A stretch of DNA of 56,764 bases, the filler included, from Sphacelaria rigidula (lineage: Eukaryota), in the NCBI GenBank assembly GCA_964200075.2. It is 7 parts of 7 records of this genome, joined end to end, with 100 filler letters (N's around TTAATTAATTAA, not from the genome) between each part and the next. Parts side by side here need not be neighbours in the genome. Positions count along the whole stretch, not along the records: positions 32,496 to 40,518 come from CAXNAA020012601.1; positions 40,619 to 48,641 come from CAXNAA020012602.1; 5 more parts are not named here. One strand, given 5' to 3'. A program made the position numbers and the translations under genes. Positions 34,834 to 48,741 of the stretch are shown piece by piece. Position 1 is the stretch's first letter; each line of letters starts with the position of its first letter. The notes beneath the pieces are model-generated. The model was not told the DNA's origin and did not search any database. It saw nothing but the letters and a program-made list of their open reading frames with translations.

Positions 34834-36624
34834 CTGGAGGATCCATGTCATTTTCGATAATAGTGGTTCTGCTCTGTTCCGCCTGCCCGCCTGTGACCAT
34901 CGACCCGCAGATCCCTATCACACCCACACAACAGTACACTGCGTTGTCGGGCGGAGCCATGAGCATGACACCTTTGAAGGACGGAGACAACGACGTTGAT
35001 GCTTCAAGGAATGATTCATGCATTCCTCCTTTAGTCCATTCACTCGCAGTCCTATACGGCAGCGCAACGGGTACAGCACAGGTGCGCGATGTTTAGCCCG
35101 GGCGTGGCCTTACTCACGATCCAGCTGTCCTGTGAGAACCATTGTGACAATTGTGTGATGTCTTCGCCAGCATAGCCAGTCGTGGTCAGATTTAAAATTC
35201 AGTTTTCGTCGATGAGACTCCGTGCCGTCCAGCAGTCCCTGGCATCCCTTGTGTGAAACTCTCTATACTCTGGATACACATGTACAGTTGGTGACGGGGT
35301 TTACCACCCCCTCGGGTGCTGAGTTTGGCCGCCGCAATGTTCTCGAGAAAAGGCCCTTGGACTGCTGCACCGAGATACCCACTTTTTCTTTGAAGGGTTC
35401 AATTGAAATTCACTCAGCACATTCATTTCGGTCGCCGGAGTTGTCGAGAGTCGAGGCTGGAAACTAAGACTATGTATCGCCTTGTTTCATCAATACAAAA
35501 TACGAACGAGTGCAGCAGACGACTCGTGCAGTCCTCTAGAGTCGACGTTGGACACTAAGTTTGTGGTCGGTTTCATCAGTACAGTGGTGGAGCCAGTTGT
35601 ATGTCGACCGATTTGGTACAAGACGGATGTATTGGCGTTTGTTTTGCTCCGTACCATTTCGGACGGTTTCATGTCGGTTTTGCAAATTGCGTCGCCAAAC
35701 CGGTTCGAGCTTGGCCAGCGTAAAAACGGATCTAAGCTCTCAAAGCAATACCTCATTGACACAGACGAGTTGGGCCGTGATCCGCATATCGTATAACTCG
35801 TCTAGTCAAGGGGGAGGTGCCCATCTGCTCAAAAGTCTGGGCCAATATTTTCACGTTGATTAAACCCCATGTGTAGTAATTCCTGTACCGTACGGAGATA
35901 GCCTTGATACTAAAATCTATATGAAACCCCGACCGATACGTTTAGCGGATGATGCCGATTTTCGGTGTGGATCTTCCCTACTCGTAGAGCACGGGGAGAC
36001 GATAGATACCCTCACCTTCACCTGATTCGCTATCCATCTCGAGACATGGCGCACATAAAGTTCTATACTGAAAGTAATATATTGCATATGTTGCGAGCAG
36101 AGGCACTAGATGCCGTATATCTGGATATCGCGTCTCAGTTTTTGAGAGTTGTGCTATAAAAGTTCGTGTGGAGAACCGCTAGTGCATACGTAATAAAATT
36201 TTAAAATAGCTTTTTGCCTTTTTTCCGTTTTTTTTCCCTACATTTTTTCGTGTTTTTAGGGCAGTTTTCAGGAGAAATGAACATTGCTCTTGGGCTTTAT
36301 CTCGATTTGTTAGCTCAAGTTTTAGAACTGTGACTTGAAACTCAGCATGGAAAACCACAGAGGTGTGCTGAATAAAAACCAAAATGGGCCTTCATTTGTT
36401 TGGGGGGGCGGGGGAAGGTCGGGCGTTCTCGGAAAAAAATGGTCGTTACCATACTGAAACGCCCTAAAACAGTGAAGAAAAAAAAACGCAATCCATTTTT
36501 TTTGGTTCATCATGACCTAGCGAGGTCCTGCACAAAGTTTCAATACTCGTACACAAATACCAAACGTGGGCCGGTAAACGGCCTGCAAAATATTGTTCTG
36601 AATTTCTACCGGACCGGATTTTCA

Positions 36625-36868
36625 TAGGCGAATTCGCAATTTTCTACTTGGAGTTTGACTCTAAAGTTTGGTATATATGCGTGGTCCCAGAGATTTGTTT
36701 TCGTGAGTCAAGGGCAATAATTAGTTTTCAAGTCTAGTAACATGCCGTTGAATCACCAAAAAACAAAATCTTTGGGACCACGTATAATTTTTTTTCTATT
36801 CCCTGTTGGTTGTTCATGCCAAGTTCGAGTGTCCAACTCTAAGTAGAAAATTGCGAATTGGCCTGCAA
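36625..36868. repeat. ~245-bp foldback with an inner 111-bp hairpin (36676-36786)
   Basis: Outer arms AGGCGAATTCGCAATTTTCTACTTGGAGTT / AACTCTAAGTAGAAAATTGCGAATTGGCCT. Inner arms TATGCGTGGTCCCAGAGATTTG / CAAAATCTTTGGGACCACGTATA. Confidence 0.75.
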
Positions 36869-37509
36869 ACTCCAAATCCGTTTCTAGGTTGGCCGAGCTC
36901 GTATAAAATCGGGTCAGTGCTCACACGCACGAGTTCAGTTCACTCTGCAGGTGCTCCCATGTGTGGTGAATGGAGACCCCGACAAATACGGCTTGCCTTA
37001 CTTTTCGCCTCGAAGCCCACTTCAGAACGTGTTTCCTGAGACGGTGTCCCTTGCCTGAAACGCACCCATCTCCCCCAGCCACACAGAGGCAAACATGAAC
37101 AAAACGCCGTTGGACGAACACTCCCTTCAACCGGGGGACTATCGGAACACAAATACCGAATATCTCATACTCGTAGGGCACTTGGGTGGTTTTCATTTTG
37201 GATCTACCGGACGGAACCCCTTTTTCCAGGCGATTCTGCGGACTACAGACCGCGAACGGACACTGCAAAGTAGAGAGGAGAATACCATGGCTCACAATAT
37301 CACTGCTACTGAGAGCTGAGCGGCACAATGTCTGCGCAAGGGGGTGGTTCGACTCCCGCAGCGTTGCCGCCACGAGCTCGTTTCACTACTCATTGTCCTG
37401 CCGGCGCGGCGCAACCTACGCCTGTGGTAGTCACGACGCAACCTTTGCAGCTGTGCGTGTGTTGTACTTTATCCAACAACAGTAGTGTGTGTGTTCGTTA
37501 GCTTCTTTC

Positions 37510-37859
37510 CACAGGCACCGTAGGTAAGGCACCGTACCGAGCGTACCCCCGGTATTTACCGGGGTATCCCATACTGTGGCATGCGTGGGTATCGCAGGTA
37601 TGAGTTTTGAAAATACCTGATTGAGCGGGTACGGCAGGTATGGAAATCTCGAAATACCGTGGTATCGCAGGTACCGTAGGTATGACATTTGAAAATACCC
37701 GATCGAGCAAGTACGGTAGGTATTGACATATCGAAATACCGTGGTATCGTAGATATCGTAGGTATGACATTTGAAAATGGTTGACTGGACCGGTATCGGT
37801 AGGGTATGAGATGTTCCAAATACCGGTACCGGATACCTACCTTACCTACGGTGCCTGTG
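37510..37859. mobile_element. hAT-type MITE, copy 1 (350 bp)
   Basis: Perfect 20-bp TIR CACAGGCACCGTAGGTAAGG / CCTTACCTACGGTGCCTGTG. Perfect 8-bp TSD CTTCTTTC. Internal GAAATACCGTGGTATCG repeats. Confidence 0.93.
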
Positions 37860-40518
37860 CTTCTTTCGTTGTCTAGGTTACGTTCAGTCACAGTGGGTGG
37901 GTCAAAAGAGGGGAAGAGAGAGACGAATACGATTTCTCTCCATCACACGCTGAATTGTATTGCTCTTGCGACTGCGCTTACACTTTCTGCCGTTCAGTTA
38001 TATCTATACCGTTGCTCCGCTGATGCGCGAAAACATCACGCTTGCGTTTGGGCGTTGAGAGTCGAGCCGTGCCACCATACTAAAACATACATGAAAGGCA
38101 AGAAGGAAGGCGAGGCAAGTATAGGGCAATACCTGAGGCGCATCCAAGCCATAAATGGGCATATAAGAGAAACACCTGAAAGTGGCCCCGCCCTAATTGT
38201 TTTCGCCTGCGGTAGTCCTAGCTGCGTATGCCATAGTACGCCTACGTTTTGCCTTGCATGTCAAGGCCTAGGTAAATGTCACTCTGGTTACCCGTGCTCT
38301 GACAATAAGTTATCCACATTGTTTTCGACTTGTGAAGGTGGAATTTGACTTCGTCCATGGGTACGCCTACCAGGAGACGACGGCTGGACCCCTGGGGGGT
38401 CAGTTAAAGTACGACAATCAATCAATAAAAAAAATCCATGGAGCTCTTCGTGACTTTCCCCCCCAGTTAACCGGAAATGAGCACCCGATATGATGCCTTA
38501 CCGGAAAATAACGGCAGCTTTTCGATGTACCGGGGCAGAAAATATATATATATATATACATATTTTTTTCATGTACCGGGACAGAGTTTACTTTCTTAAA
38601 TTAGCGGGCGAAGCCCGCAAAACAAGGCGTACCTCCCACACACGGATAGAGGGACTCGATGTGAATTAACAGAAGCGCGATCATGGCTGATCGTTCAAAA
38701 TCGGCACCCGCCCAAAGTTGCAGACCTGTTCAAAATCAGGCGGAAAACTAGAACGTGGGACATCTCCTGTTTCACTGTACTACAGCACAAGCGTACTCAC
38801 GTCCTCTGTGATGTGCTATAGCTAGCTGTCACTATACTGTTTGTGTTTAGATATTGCGAAGACAGTCTGGTCTCCGCTGGGGTTGCCTGAGCTGCGATAT
38901 TGTTGTTGTGTTCGTCTCAGTATAACATTATGTCAGTTGGCATGCAGTGCTGTCTACATACTGGCTGTTGTAAACTTCATGGTGTGTTGGCTGTATCGTC
39001 TTCTGTGGCACAAACAACGCGCTGCCCGCTGCTGCGGCACTCTGTTTAGCTGGTGCTGCGCGTTGGAGCACTGTACTACTACTGTCTGTGTTGTGTTGGA
39101 GCATGTGAGCGTGAGCGTGATGGGCCGTGAGATTAGACCGCACAACACTAGGTTTTGGACTACTCTCCAAGTATTTTTCAAGTAGAATGGAGCGATCTGA
39201 TTGGTAGTTACCAAGTAAAACTGCCCCGCTGGCTTTAAAGTCTGCCAAAACAAACGGTTTTCGCCTGATTTCATGTCGAACGAATGTAGTGCTCGCATCG
39301 CTGCCACTGCGCAAATTATTTTGGAGAGCCTCGTCATCATCATGTGGAGGCTTCTTCACGCTTGTCACCCAAAATTCCCCCACCCGCAATTCTTCTTGCC
39401 GTTTTGGGATTTAGACTCTGAGCCTCTTTCACGCGAACTCTGTGAACCAGTACGAAACTTTCAAGGTACGGATCTTTCGTTTTTTTGTAATCGGTTATCA
39501 TCGGGGCGCTAAGGGTCCTACGGGCACTACCACATGCACTTCTGGGACCCACGACCTACACGGCCATCTGGTACTCCCGATAGACCGCGAAAAAAGTTCT
39601 GAAGACCTCAATCTTTGAAAAGTTCCGTAGTGATCCATAGTATGCGTGTACAAAGTTTCAGAGTCTAACTCCAAAAAACGGTGTGAAGTTCTTCGCTTTG
39701 TGCCATGAAGTGAGCTTGAAATGTACAAAACCTAGCTGTTAATAGATCTTGGTTCCAAACCGATTGTTTGGGGTACGTTCAACGTGAAAACGACGCCGCA
39801 TTGCATCAGTTTCTCGAGTTACGCAACGAAATTTTCTGCACTATTCCTTGGGATACCCCGGGACGCAAGCATTCTTTTGTTTTTTATTTCGAGGCGTCAT
39901 GTACCGGCTTTCGGGGCGCTCCCGGAGGCTGGTAACGAGCGAAGAAACGTTCAACTATTTTCCAAGGAGACTTTTTTTGTACTTGAAGCACCAACACCTA
40001 CCGAACTGTCAAGTTTAACGGCGTTCTGAGCTTTCCTACCACGTATACAGAGGAAATTGTCCGGAGAAATTGTAGGTCTTGGTGCATATCATCAGCTGAA
40101 ATCCGACGACGCCAATACCACACATGAGCGAAATACCACGGTTTCGGGCAAATCTCGATCGCTTTGTTGATTTCACAAAAATGAATTGAAGGGCATTGAT
40201 TGGTCAAAGCACCTTTTCGCCCTTAGCACCACCCCCATGGCTTTGTGCATTAGTCTGTCTATGCCATCCTCTTCATTCGCCAGTGGCTGGCAGTGTGACC
40301 CCATGCATGCAACTATTGGGGAGGTGGTGGGAGGTGGTGCGAAAAGTATGTGCTGACAATGCAGTCTTGGGTAATGACCGTGAACAAGGTTGTACTTATG
40401 TTGTGGCGGCGCAGCAACGAGAGCGTGGCCCGAGCAACCCCCTCCCTCCGACCCCCTACGAGCTGGGCCAGCTTAAAAGTGGCTAAAAGTTGCTCACACC
40501 ACAGCTTCCCCAGTTTCC

Positions 40519-40618
40519 NNNNNNNNNNNNNNNNNNNNNNNNNNNNNNNNNNNNNNNNNNNNTTAATTAATTAANNNNNNNNNNNNNNNNNNNNNNNNNN
40601 NNNNNNNNNNNNNNNNNN
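40519..40618. other. Artificial contig spacer
   Basis: Same spacer. Confidence 0.98.
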
Positions 40619-43169
40619 AAGAGAGATATGCCACTTCAGCCCCATATTTTGTATGAACCCCAAAATATAAAATCGGCTGTTGGTACTTCTGTAAAGTCCT
40701 CATCCTCATCCGATCAATTTTCATGAGAGACGCACACGGGGGGGGTCTCCTTATGTTTGACTTGCCGGTTCGGCATGCCGTGCACACACTTCCATGCGAC
40801 CATGACGAGCCGGCCTGCCTCCCCTTTCTCCTCTCTCGAATTTTCACGAGCGAAATTTACACCAGCTCTGCGCAACTCTTCTTCACTTCTGCTTTCATGT
40901 CTCCAAGCTTTCCCTTCCGTACGAATGCTCTTCAACACAACACCCAACGCTTCGGCCCCGTACGACAACTGTGGGAGCTAGACGCAAAGAACGGCAGCCG
41001 TGCAGCAAAATATACGGCATCAAAGTTGCCAGGTATGTGCAATGCGCCCGAGCTGCTGTGTGCAGACGCTGCAGATAGTCTGTACTATCTTCGCTGCACA
41101 TTGTTCGAATCTGATTTACACCTTCCAGTATGTCACCAGTACGTGATTGTACGGCCCTGGTTGCACATATCCAGCCGGAGTGTCAGCCGAAATAATATGT
41201 CATGGATCGATCCAGGAACCGTTCTCGTTTTTTTCATTTATCAGGTTAGTCTATCGATCTGCGAGGGTCGCTTAAATGGCTAGGGGGGGTGTCGCGGATC
41301 ATTGGACATCGCTCAGTCTTTTTATGGGTGATTATTTATTCCTACTACGTGGGTTTTGAGCCATCCGGAGGATTTTCGCTTCCGTTTCGTGTCATACTGG
41401 TACATCGGTCCGTGAGGGTCGCTCAAAGCACTTGGAGGGGGTGTCACGGATCGATCCAGAAATCGTTCCCTGTCCTAAGGCAGCCTTGCGCCTTCCTCCG
41501 TTTGCTAGGATTTGGCATGTGCCATGTTCCAGTTTTGAGCATCAGGGGTCCACGGCTCCTCTGAGATCACTTCCTTGTCGAGACTTCGATTCGAGTCTAG
41601 GCCTAGCATCAGGTATCAATACACGACAAAAAGACTCTGCAATCCTGGGGCTTGTCTCATATTGCTTCCACTGCCCCATCACTGAGCATTAGCTGACCAC
41701 AGTTCTAGTAAGCTCTCGGGTCAATGATCTGATGCCAAGAAGGCAACTTGCATACAGGTACCTCTTGCTAGTTTGGGGTTCACGGGCAAGGCGTCTAGAG
41801 ACAGTCATCTGTACATCCGGACAGCTGCTATCGAGAAGCCTTACTAATACTATTTGTATGCACCAGTCCTTCTTCAAGATCTATTTTAAACATACTGAAA
41901 CGAGTCCCGGCGCTCAGAGTTCCCAATTTGGTCCATTTTTCAACCGGAGTGATCTTGGTCGCGTGTATCTAGCGGCCGAGGGAGAACCTAAATTGTAGGA
42001 CAAGAATATGTCGCAAAGCACGAGAGCCTCCCGATAACAGATCCAGTTGGTTGTGCGCATGTGTGTTTAACCCAACTTGTTATATCACCAGTACAACTTG
42101 CCTGTGGACGGTATCACGAGCGCAGACCTCCGGGTAATATACCTGGTTCGTGAAACCAACTCCAAGTTTGTGCATCCCGCGGCAGAAGTAGTCCTTTCAA
42201 TCCAGCTTCAGTTAGTCGTGCGCATGTGCTCGCAACATGGTTTGTGAAACCAGTCGTACGACCTACACTCTATTGTCCTCTTTCATCTTTCGTCGAGTCG
42301 CGACGATCCGAGGCTGAGTCAATACGGCTTCGGAATCTCTGCACTCATAATGCCTTCCAATATGCTCAATGGATTTCAGGAAAAGCGAATATTGTGAGCT
42401 GGCGTTTCGTCCCTCAAGGCGCAACTCTCTTCCCTCGCCCTTCGTTGCGGAACCCTGCATGAGGGTAGAAGTGAACACTCCGACCCACCTCGAAATCGCA
42501 CTGGGAGACATGAGGTGGAAAGATAAGCTGTGCTCGACCTCAGGGGGAACGAACGCGCGCGAAGCGGAGGCGACAGGATGTGCCGTGACCTCAGATACGT
42601 GACGCACTAACTCCTGCAGCACGTGCTCAAGCAATCTGGGGAATCTCTCCCAAGGAAATCGCCTAAGATGAGCCATGTCGTGACAATGGAGCGTGCTGTG
42701 GCTATCCGCAACCAACAATGGCCGCTGACAGACGTCCCCTGTACACGATTCGCTGATGAGGAGAAAGTGGGAATTAAGCCGGTGAGCGCCGTTGAAGGCG
42801 TGGGTTCTGCGAAACACATAGCTTCCACGATGATTATAAAAGTCGGGACATATTGACCTGTCGGCTTAAAGTCTCAAATTCACCTCCATAGCTGCTGGCA
42901 CGGAGACTCACCTCGATATTGCCTGAAGGCCGGTAGTTGCTAAAGTGTGTACGGTGCGCACCGTGTTGGGGGGTTCCCGCCCGTTGCCGATGACAGTGAT
43001 CATTGACGAAATTGCATATGAAATCAAACCACGATGTTGTCACGCGATGCTTCTCTCTGCGCGCTGTGCCCCGCGGAATCTTGTGGGTACCTAATTTACC
43101 AACCTGCATTATTTCGAGTACCTCTTCGGAGTCAACATGTATGTGCAGCTTGCGTGATCCTCACCTACC

Positions 43170-43782
43170 TTCCCACATCGCTTTTGAGGGAATGAGCAAC
43201 GAGGCCAGGGATTATGTGCGGACTCTCAAACCTCTGCTCATAGCCCATGATATGGCTTGACGTACTACCAGGGGGCACACGCTGATGGCCAAGTCTCAGC
43301 GGCAGAGCTTGCCGCCGTCGTCGATGAGCTCCGATGGGCCTCTGGGAGGGCCGAGGCCAATGCTGCAGCGACCGCGACATCACCCCAGTCCATACTGGAC
43401 GCGTCATCGATGAACACTGCTTGTAGGAACGCTGCCTTGATGGTTCGAGACCATCTGAGGCATTTGCAGATCATTTTTGTGTGCCTCTCGAGGCATCCGA
43501 CTTTGACAGCCCCAATCCTTGCCTACGGCATGTTCCCCGAGGGAGTTCTGCTCGAGCGAAAGACCTGGGCGCCCCCGGCGTGCGTCGAGGGACGACGTCG
43601 GGGTAGGCCAGCTTGACGAGGGACTGCTGTTCGAGGGAAAGGTAGTCGGGCAGTTTTTCTCTGGCGTTTCTCGCCGACAAACGTATCAGGTGGTATGGAG
43701 CGGGGGAACGCTACGAGAAAGACCTCTCACGGATGTTTCGGGTGCGATCGATGAGGGTGTCGTGGATAGTCGTTTGTCGTAG
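43170..43782 (+). pseudogene. Frameshifted coding remnant, possibly ending in a Tudor-like domain
   Basis: GC-rich, protein-like ORFs 43257-43616 and 43519-43782. A one-base shift gives VEGRRRVGQLDEGLLFEGKVVGQ…YQVVWSGG, which resembles the PTM/DIR17-like Tudor pattern. Identification by eye only. Confidence 0.3.
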
Positions 43783-45099
43783 CGCCAGTGATACACGCTG
43801 CTCCGCGGAACTACAGACGCTGTGGTTGGTATGTAGAATACGACGATGAAATACATGGATTCGAAGCGGTCAAGGGAACGGTGCCATGGCGGGTGCAGAT
43901 GTGCAATATTTCATATCTGACTGGAGGCGTAATGTGCCACACTGACGATGCAGGTCACTCCTTGTACGGTGCTCCCCTGGGAAGAGTTTCATGGGGGAAC
44001 CAAGGCGAAATCACATGAAGTGCTTGGAGGAGTCGTGTTATTCGTGCTGATGTACATCGGTGACCCACCGAGCCGGTCCAATAAACCAGCTATGGCATGT
44101 TTGTAGTTTTCAATTCCTGGTATTATGAATCGAGCCAAACATTGTCGCCCATACAAAGCTGGATTTCAAATCACCAACTATAGTCTCGATGCGCCGCATG
44201 GCCATTTCTTCGATAAGGAAAAGCTGCAAAAGTGGGGGGAGGGCTACCGCAGGGGTAGTGTCGGTGTAGGCGATTTATAGTGGCGGCACCATGTCAAAAT
44301 GACAAAAGTCGAATGCGCAAGCAGGTGAAACCTCCCTCGCTTGGATTGGATTCTCTTATATCGCCCATACGAGCCGGTCTATGCAGTCCGAAACCAGCTG
44401 AATGCCTCGTATGACCATGTCTTCGGTCGAGTTTTTGGGCTGATTTGGGGAAGGCTATCGCGGCATCTCTCGACAATATTTCGATGCTTGTGAATGTTCC
44501 CAAGGTTCATCCTCAAGAAGGAATATATCCATCCTAATTCGTAAACTCCCGTGTTTTAGTCGATTCGCCACCAACCATAGCAAACACGACCGCGCGAATG
44601 GAAGTAACCGCCAACCGTTGAACCGCAGGCAACTCGTGAATTGGTCCATCCAAGGGTGGGTGACCCATGTTCAGGAAGCGAATACCTCACCATTGAACCA
44701 GTGAGCGCTCACAAGCTCAATGACCAAACGTTCGCTTCCTGAACAAAAGATAAGGTGTATGGTCCATCTCGGCATAGAATATCGGTGATCTCCCAGAGCC
44801 GCGAGCCCCTCGCAAGCCTATCCATTCAAGGTTCAAATTTTGATTTCACGCGCTAATGCCGGGATTCGAGCACCATATAATTTGTTCCATAAGCGAACAA
44901 CTGACCGTTGAACCAGTGTGTGTTCCACTCCTTAACAGCCCGCACCATCAGGGAGCGCTACTCTGCTCCATAGGCCAACCTGAAACGACACCCACGGTAG
45001 ACAACATGGTAAAAACTACTTCACTGACACGGTTTGCAACGCATATAAAGAGACAACTCCACCAACATCGCGACAGGAGCGCCAACTTAACTGGACCGA

Positions 45100-47470
45100 C
45101 CCCATAGCACAAGCACAGATCGAGGCCGCATGGCACGTGAGGTACATGACGGTATGACACGCGCGGAAAGTCGCAGAGGTCGCCCCAACGAATGCATCAC
45201 ACCCGAAAGCTATTTTTGCGGCCGACAAAACGCTCAAGCAGCCCAAAACAAACGCGGTCGTGACCTTCCTGGACAACCACGTCAGCCACGCGGAATGTCT
45301 GCCTCCGGGATGAAGGTGACCAAAAGGTTTCTCCGCCCCTCCTTAGGGGATGAACCTGGAGGGAGACAGACCTGGCGGACATCCTCGAGAGGTGGGGGCA
45401 GACACTTCCACAAGTTACTGAAACGCGAAGGCTGGCACTATCAACGAACCCAGCATCGTGATGCAGATCCTGCAGACCCCCGTCCAGATGTCGCTCGCCG
45501 CGGCGCCGACTACCGGAAAGACCAAAGATGCCCTGGGTACTGAATGTCCGCGAGTGGGAAGGCAACTGGACCTAATCATCTGCCTGCGGAACCGCTGAAA
45601 CTGGGGCAGAGTGATGCTATGATAGAGGTGCGCAAATATTTCAGAGGTTCGAATTGTTAGGATCTCTCTATCTCATCCAAAAGCAAGTCATGAAATACGT
45701 GAGAGCACGCCACGATTAGCATTCCAACGGGCTAAGAATGTATATCTCGAATGAATTTGAAAGAAGGGATTATCCTGACCCATATTCTTGCGAAGCTCCT
45801 AACTTTGGGAACCTCTGAAATAGAAAGATCCGGGGCAGTATATGCCACCCCTACCGTGGCATGGCTCGGCAGAGGTACTCCATCCTGCAGGAGTTTTGCG
45901 AAATCAATCGTGGCGGTGTGTAACGAAGCGGCAGTCCCCTAGCTTGCTGTGGAGGTACGCTGTTATCGAGGTTATACACGAGAAGGATCGAACTGAGAGT
46001 GGCAAATACAGAGGCGCACCACTAGTAGCACACGCCGGAAAAGTGCTACTACTCAAGATAATCGCGAAACGGCTCAGCGCACACTTGGAGCACAACAACG
46101 TTCTTCGGGGAAGCAGTGTGGTTACCGCCCCGAGTGCTCGACGTACGACATGATGTTCATGATGCCAAGACTGCAGGAGCTCGGTAGAGCTCGGAAAACT
46201 CTGCTGTGCATATTTACTGCATTGACCAAGCAAAAGAGTATGGTTCAGTCAACCGCACCCTTCTCTGGACCGTGCTTGCATCGTTCGGGGTGCCCGGCAT
46301 GACGATCGTAGTCATTCGCCCACTTCACGACGGAATGCAGGGCTGTGTACGTATGCATGACAGGGAGTCACCGGGCTTGTTCGAAATCGAACAGGGGCTC
46401 CGACAAGGGTGCTTGCTGACTCCGCTGCTGTTCAAAATATTTCTCACCACCGTCCTGAACACGGCGATGAAAACAATCCTACACGACGGCACAGTGTTCG
46501 GTGACTTGGTGTGAATTACGGACCGGGAAAATAAGGGAGGGGGGGGGGGACAAGACGAGGCGAGGCCACAAAAGGAACGTTGCGCGGGGCCAAGCGTACA
46601 ATGTTGAAACGAGGTACTTCAGCGACAACTGGGGGCTATGCTCACGCCGATGACGCTGAAATTGTGCTAACGTCATATGCGAGGATTGCGCAGATGTTGA
46701 CAGCCTTCGTCAAAGCATGCGACTCATATGGACGGATCGTGTCGGAGAAGACGGAGACCACACGCATACCTGTACTGCGCATACAAGCGGACACGATGAT
46801 GAAAACCAGGACAGTGGGGCAACGGCATGCTCAGTCAGAGAACTTTGTTCATCCAGGAGCCTCCATCAATGGAAATGCCGACATGACCCCCGAAATCAAA
46901 CGCCGGACCCGACTCCTGTGATGAAAGTATACAAGAAATTCGACCAAGTCTTCTACGACGGGGAAACACCGGCCGTGCCACTGGATCTCAACATCCATAT
47001 TTTGAGAGACGGGGTGCTCGAATTCCTCCTCTATGGTTCTCCAATGTGAACGCTCAAAAGCGCGACTGTAACAAAGTGCACACCATTCATCACGGGTTCC
47101 CTCTGGGATACATGCGACAATTCCGGAAGCCCACAGAAAACAATCCTTCCCATGTGAAAATCCTTGAGAACGAGGTGCGAGAGCATCAAAATAGTTATGC
47201 AGAGGCAGAGTCGCTGAACGATTCGTTCGCCTGGGCAGCGAATGCTAGCCGAAAGGGATTATGGGCGGAGTCCTGAACGGAAAGGAGGGGCACGGATGTA
47301 GATTTAGGGGGAAAATTTTGCATACCTAACTGACGACCCGAAGAGCTTCGGGTTCGACTCTGACGACTCGAAGACAAGAGCCAACAATAGCTTCCAATGG
47401 CACGACCAGGTGGACGATGGAGCGACCAAATTCAGGGCGACGTTGGCGACCCGGGAGAGGGTCGCCAATG
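45100..47470 (+). mobile_element. Degenerate RTE-like non-LTR retrotransposon (reverse transcriptase pseudogene)
   Basis: Ordered RT motifs across broken frames: HFHKLL, KATGPNHLPAEPLKLG, KYRGAPLVAHAGKVLLLKIIAKRL, IDQAKEYGSVNRTLLW, GLRQGCLLTPLLFKIFL, YAHADDAEIV (YADD). Confidence 0.88.
45642..45817. mobile_element. Small hAT-like MITE inserted in the LINE
   Basis: TIRs CAGAGGTTCGAATTGTTAGGA … TCCTAACTTTGGGAACCTCTG. Flanks AAATATTT / AAATAGAA (partial 8-bp TSD). Lies between two consecutive RT segments. Confidence 0.6.
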
Positions 47471-48641
47471 GAGACAAACATAAAAAAGAGAAAGATAGAG
47501 AAAGACAACCCGACAAACCAGTGAACGAAATGGACGTACCCCAAATACCCTCGATCGCACGGTACTGCAAGCGTTGGTACTGTTGCTATGTTTTCCTGGT
47601 TGTCCTTTCCTTTACGTTTGCTCTCCTCCGTTATTCTCGTGCCATGCTGGATCTGTCGGGTGAAGACATGGTTGTCGGGTACTAGGTTCCATACCACATA
47701 CAATATCGACCTAAAATCGTTCCCATATAAAACTGTACTCACCATTTTCAAGAATCGCCCGTTTTTTGCTTTTTTTTACCTGCCGCTGCCTGTGTTTTTT
47801 TTACTCGCCTTCTGCTCTTCCCCATTTGTCTTTGCTTTGGTCTGGCCCTGTCGTGATATGGCTGCGTCTCTTACCGCGATTCTTGTTTCCCTCTTCCTTC
47901 CTTCCTTCCTTTCTGGGGTTTTTTTTCGTGATTCAATCTCATTATTTGTCCTAGGTTGCCTCGGGTCCGCCTAAACACGCAAAGATACCGTCGAACAGCA
48001 ATACCGAAATTTTCTGGGATTGGCATCAGGCAGTCCGTGGAGAACGGAACAGAAATCGACAAGTTACCGTCCTCCCTCAGGTCTTGAGAGTCGTTAGAAC
48101 TGAGTGGATGAAGTTGAGAAAAACCAACTGTTTAGCTTTCATACCCGTTGCGAACTTCGGTCGGGAGTAAGGAAGGTAGCAACGAAAGCTAGATATGATC
48201 GGGTTTGCCTGCCGTACTACCGACAGCGTTGCGTGAAAGCCACGAGACCTTTGCTGTCGGTGGTTGATGGCGTGGGTCTCAAAAGCAAGGACAAGTGGTT
48301 GATCGTAGAGCACTCTCGTCCCAGCTTGTAATGCATGACCTCCTCACATCGGAATAATGCTGGAAAGCTACTCGTACTGTACCAAGGTGTTCACGCAACC
48401 AGCGTGTGCTCCAGATTGCAGCATGGACGGACTGCTACGCGCCAAACTAGCAACAGTAAGGTCACCACCATACGTATCTTTTTTCACTCCGCATATCAAA
48501 AAGTTATCTACAAGTGTTTGGTTTCTCGTACACCCCCCTCAACTGGCGTGTGGCAGGCTGTTCTCGTCGGGCACCCAGAGGGTCAGATGTGGGTAAACTC
48601 AGTGATGAATAACACTCCCCAAGTTCAAATTGAATATCTTT

Positions 48642-48741
48642 NNNNNNNNNNNNNNNNNNNNNNNNNNNNNNNNNNNNNNNNNNNNTTAATTAATTAANNN
48701 NNNNNNNNNNNNNNNNNNNNNNNNNNNNNNNNNNNNNNNNN
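48642..48741. other. Artificial contig spacer
   Basis: Same spacer. Confidence 0.98.

Noticed and set aside
37290-37375. GGTTCGACTCCC B-box suggesting a tRNA gene
   Set aside because: No convincing acceptor stem, D-arm or anticodon arm could be built around it.
8025-48741. Regularly spaced TTAATTAATTAA motif every ~8.12 kb, suggesting a periodic biological array
   Set aside because: It is always embedded in 44+44 N and separates pieces of 8024, 8024, 8024, 8023, 8023, 8023 and 8023 bp. This is a concatenation spacer for length-sorted contigs.
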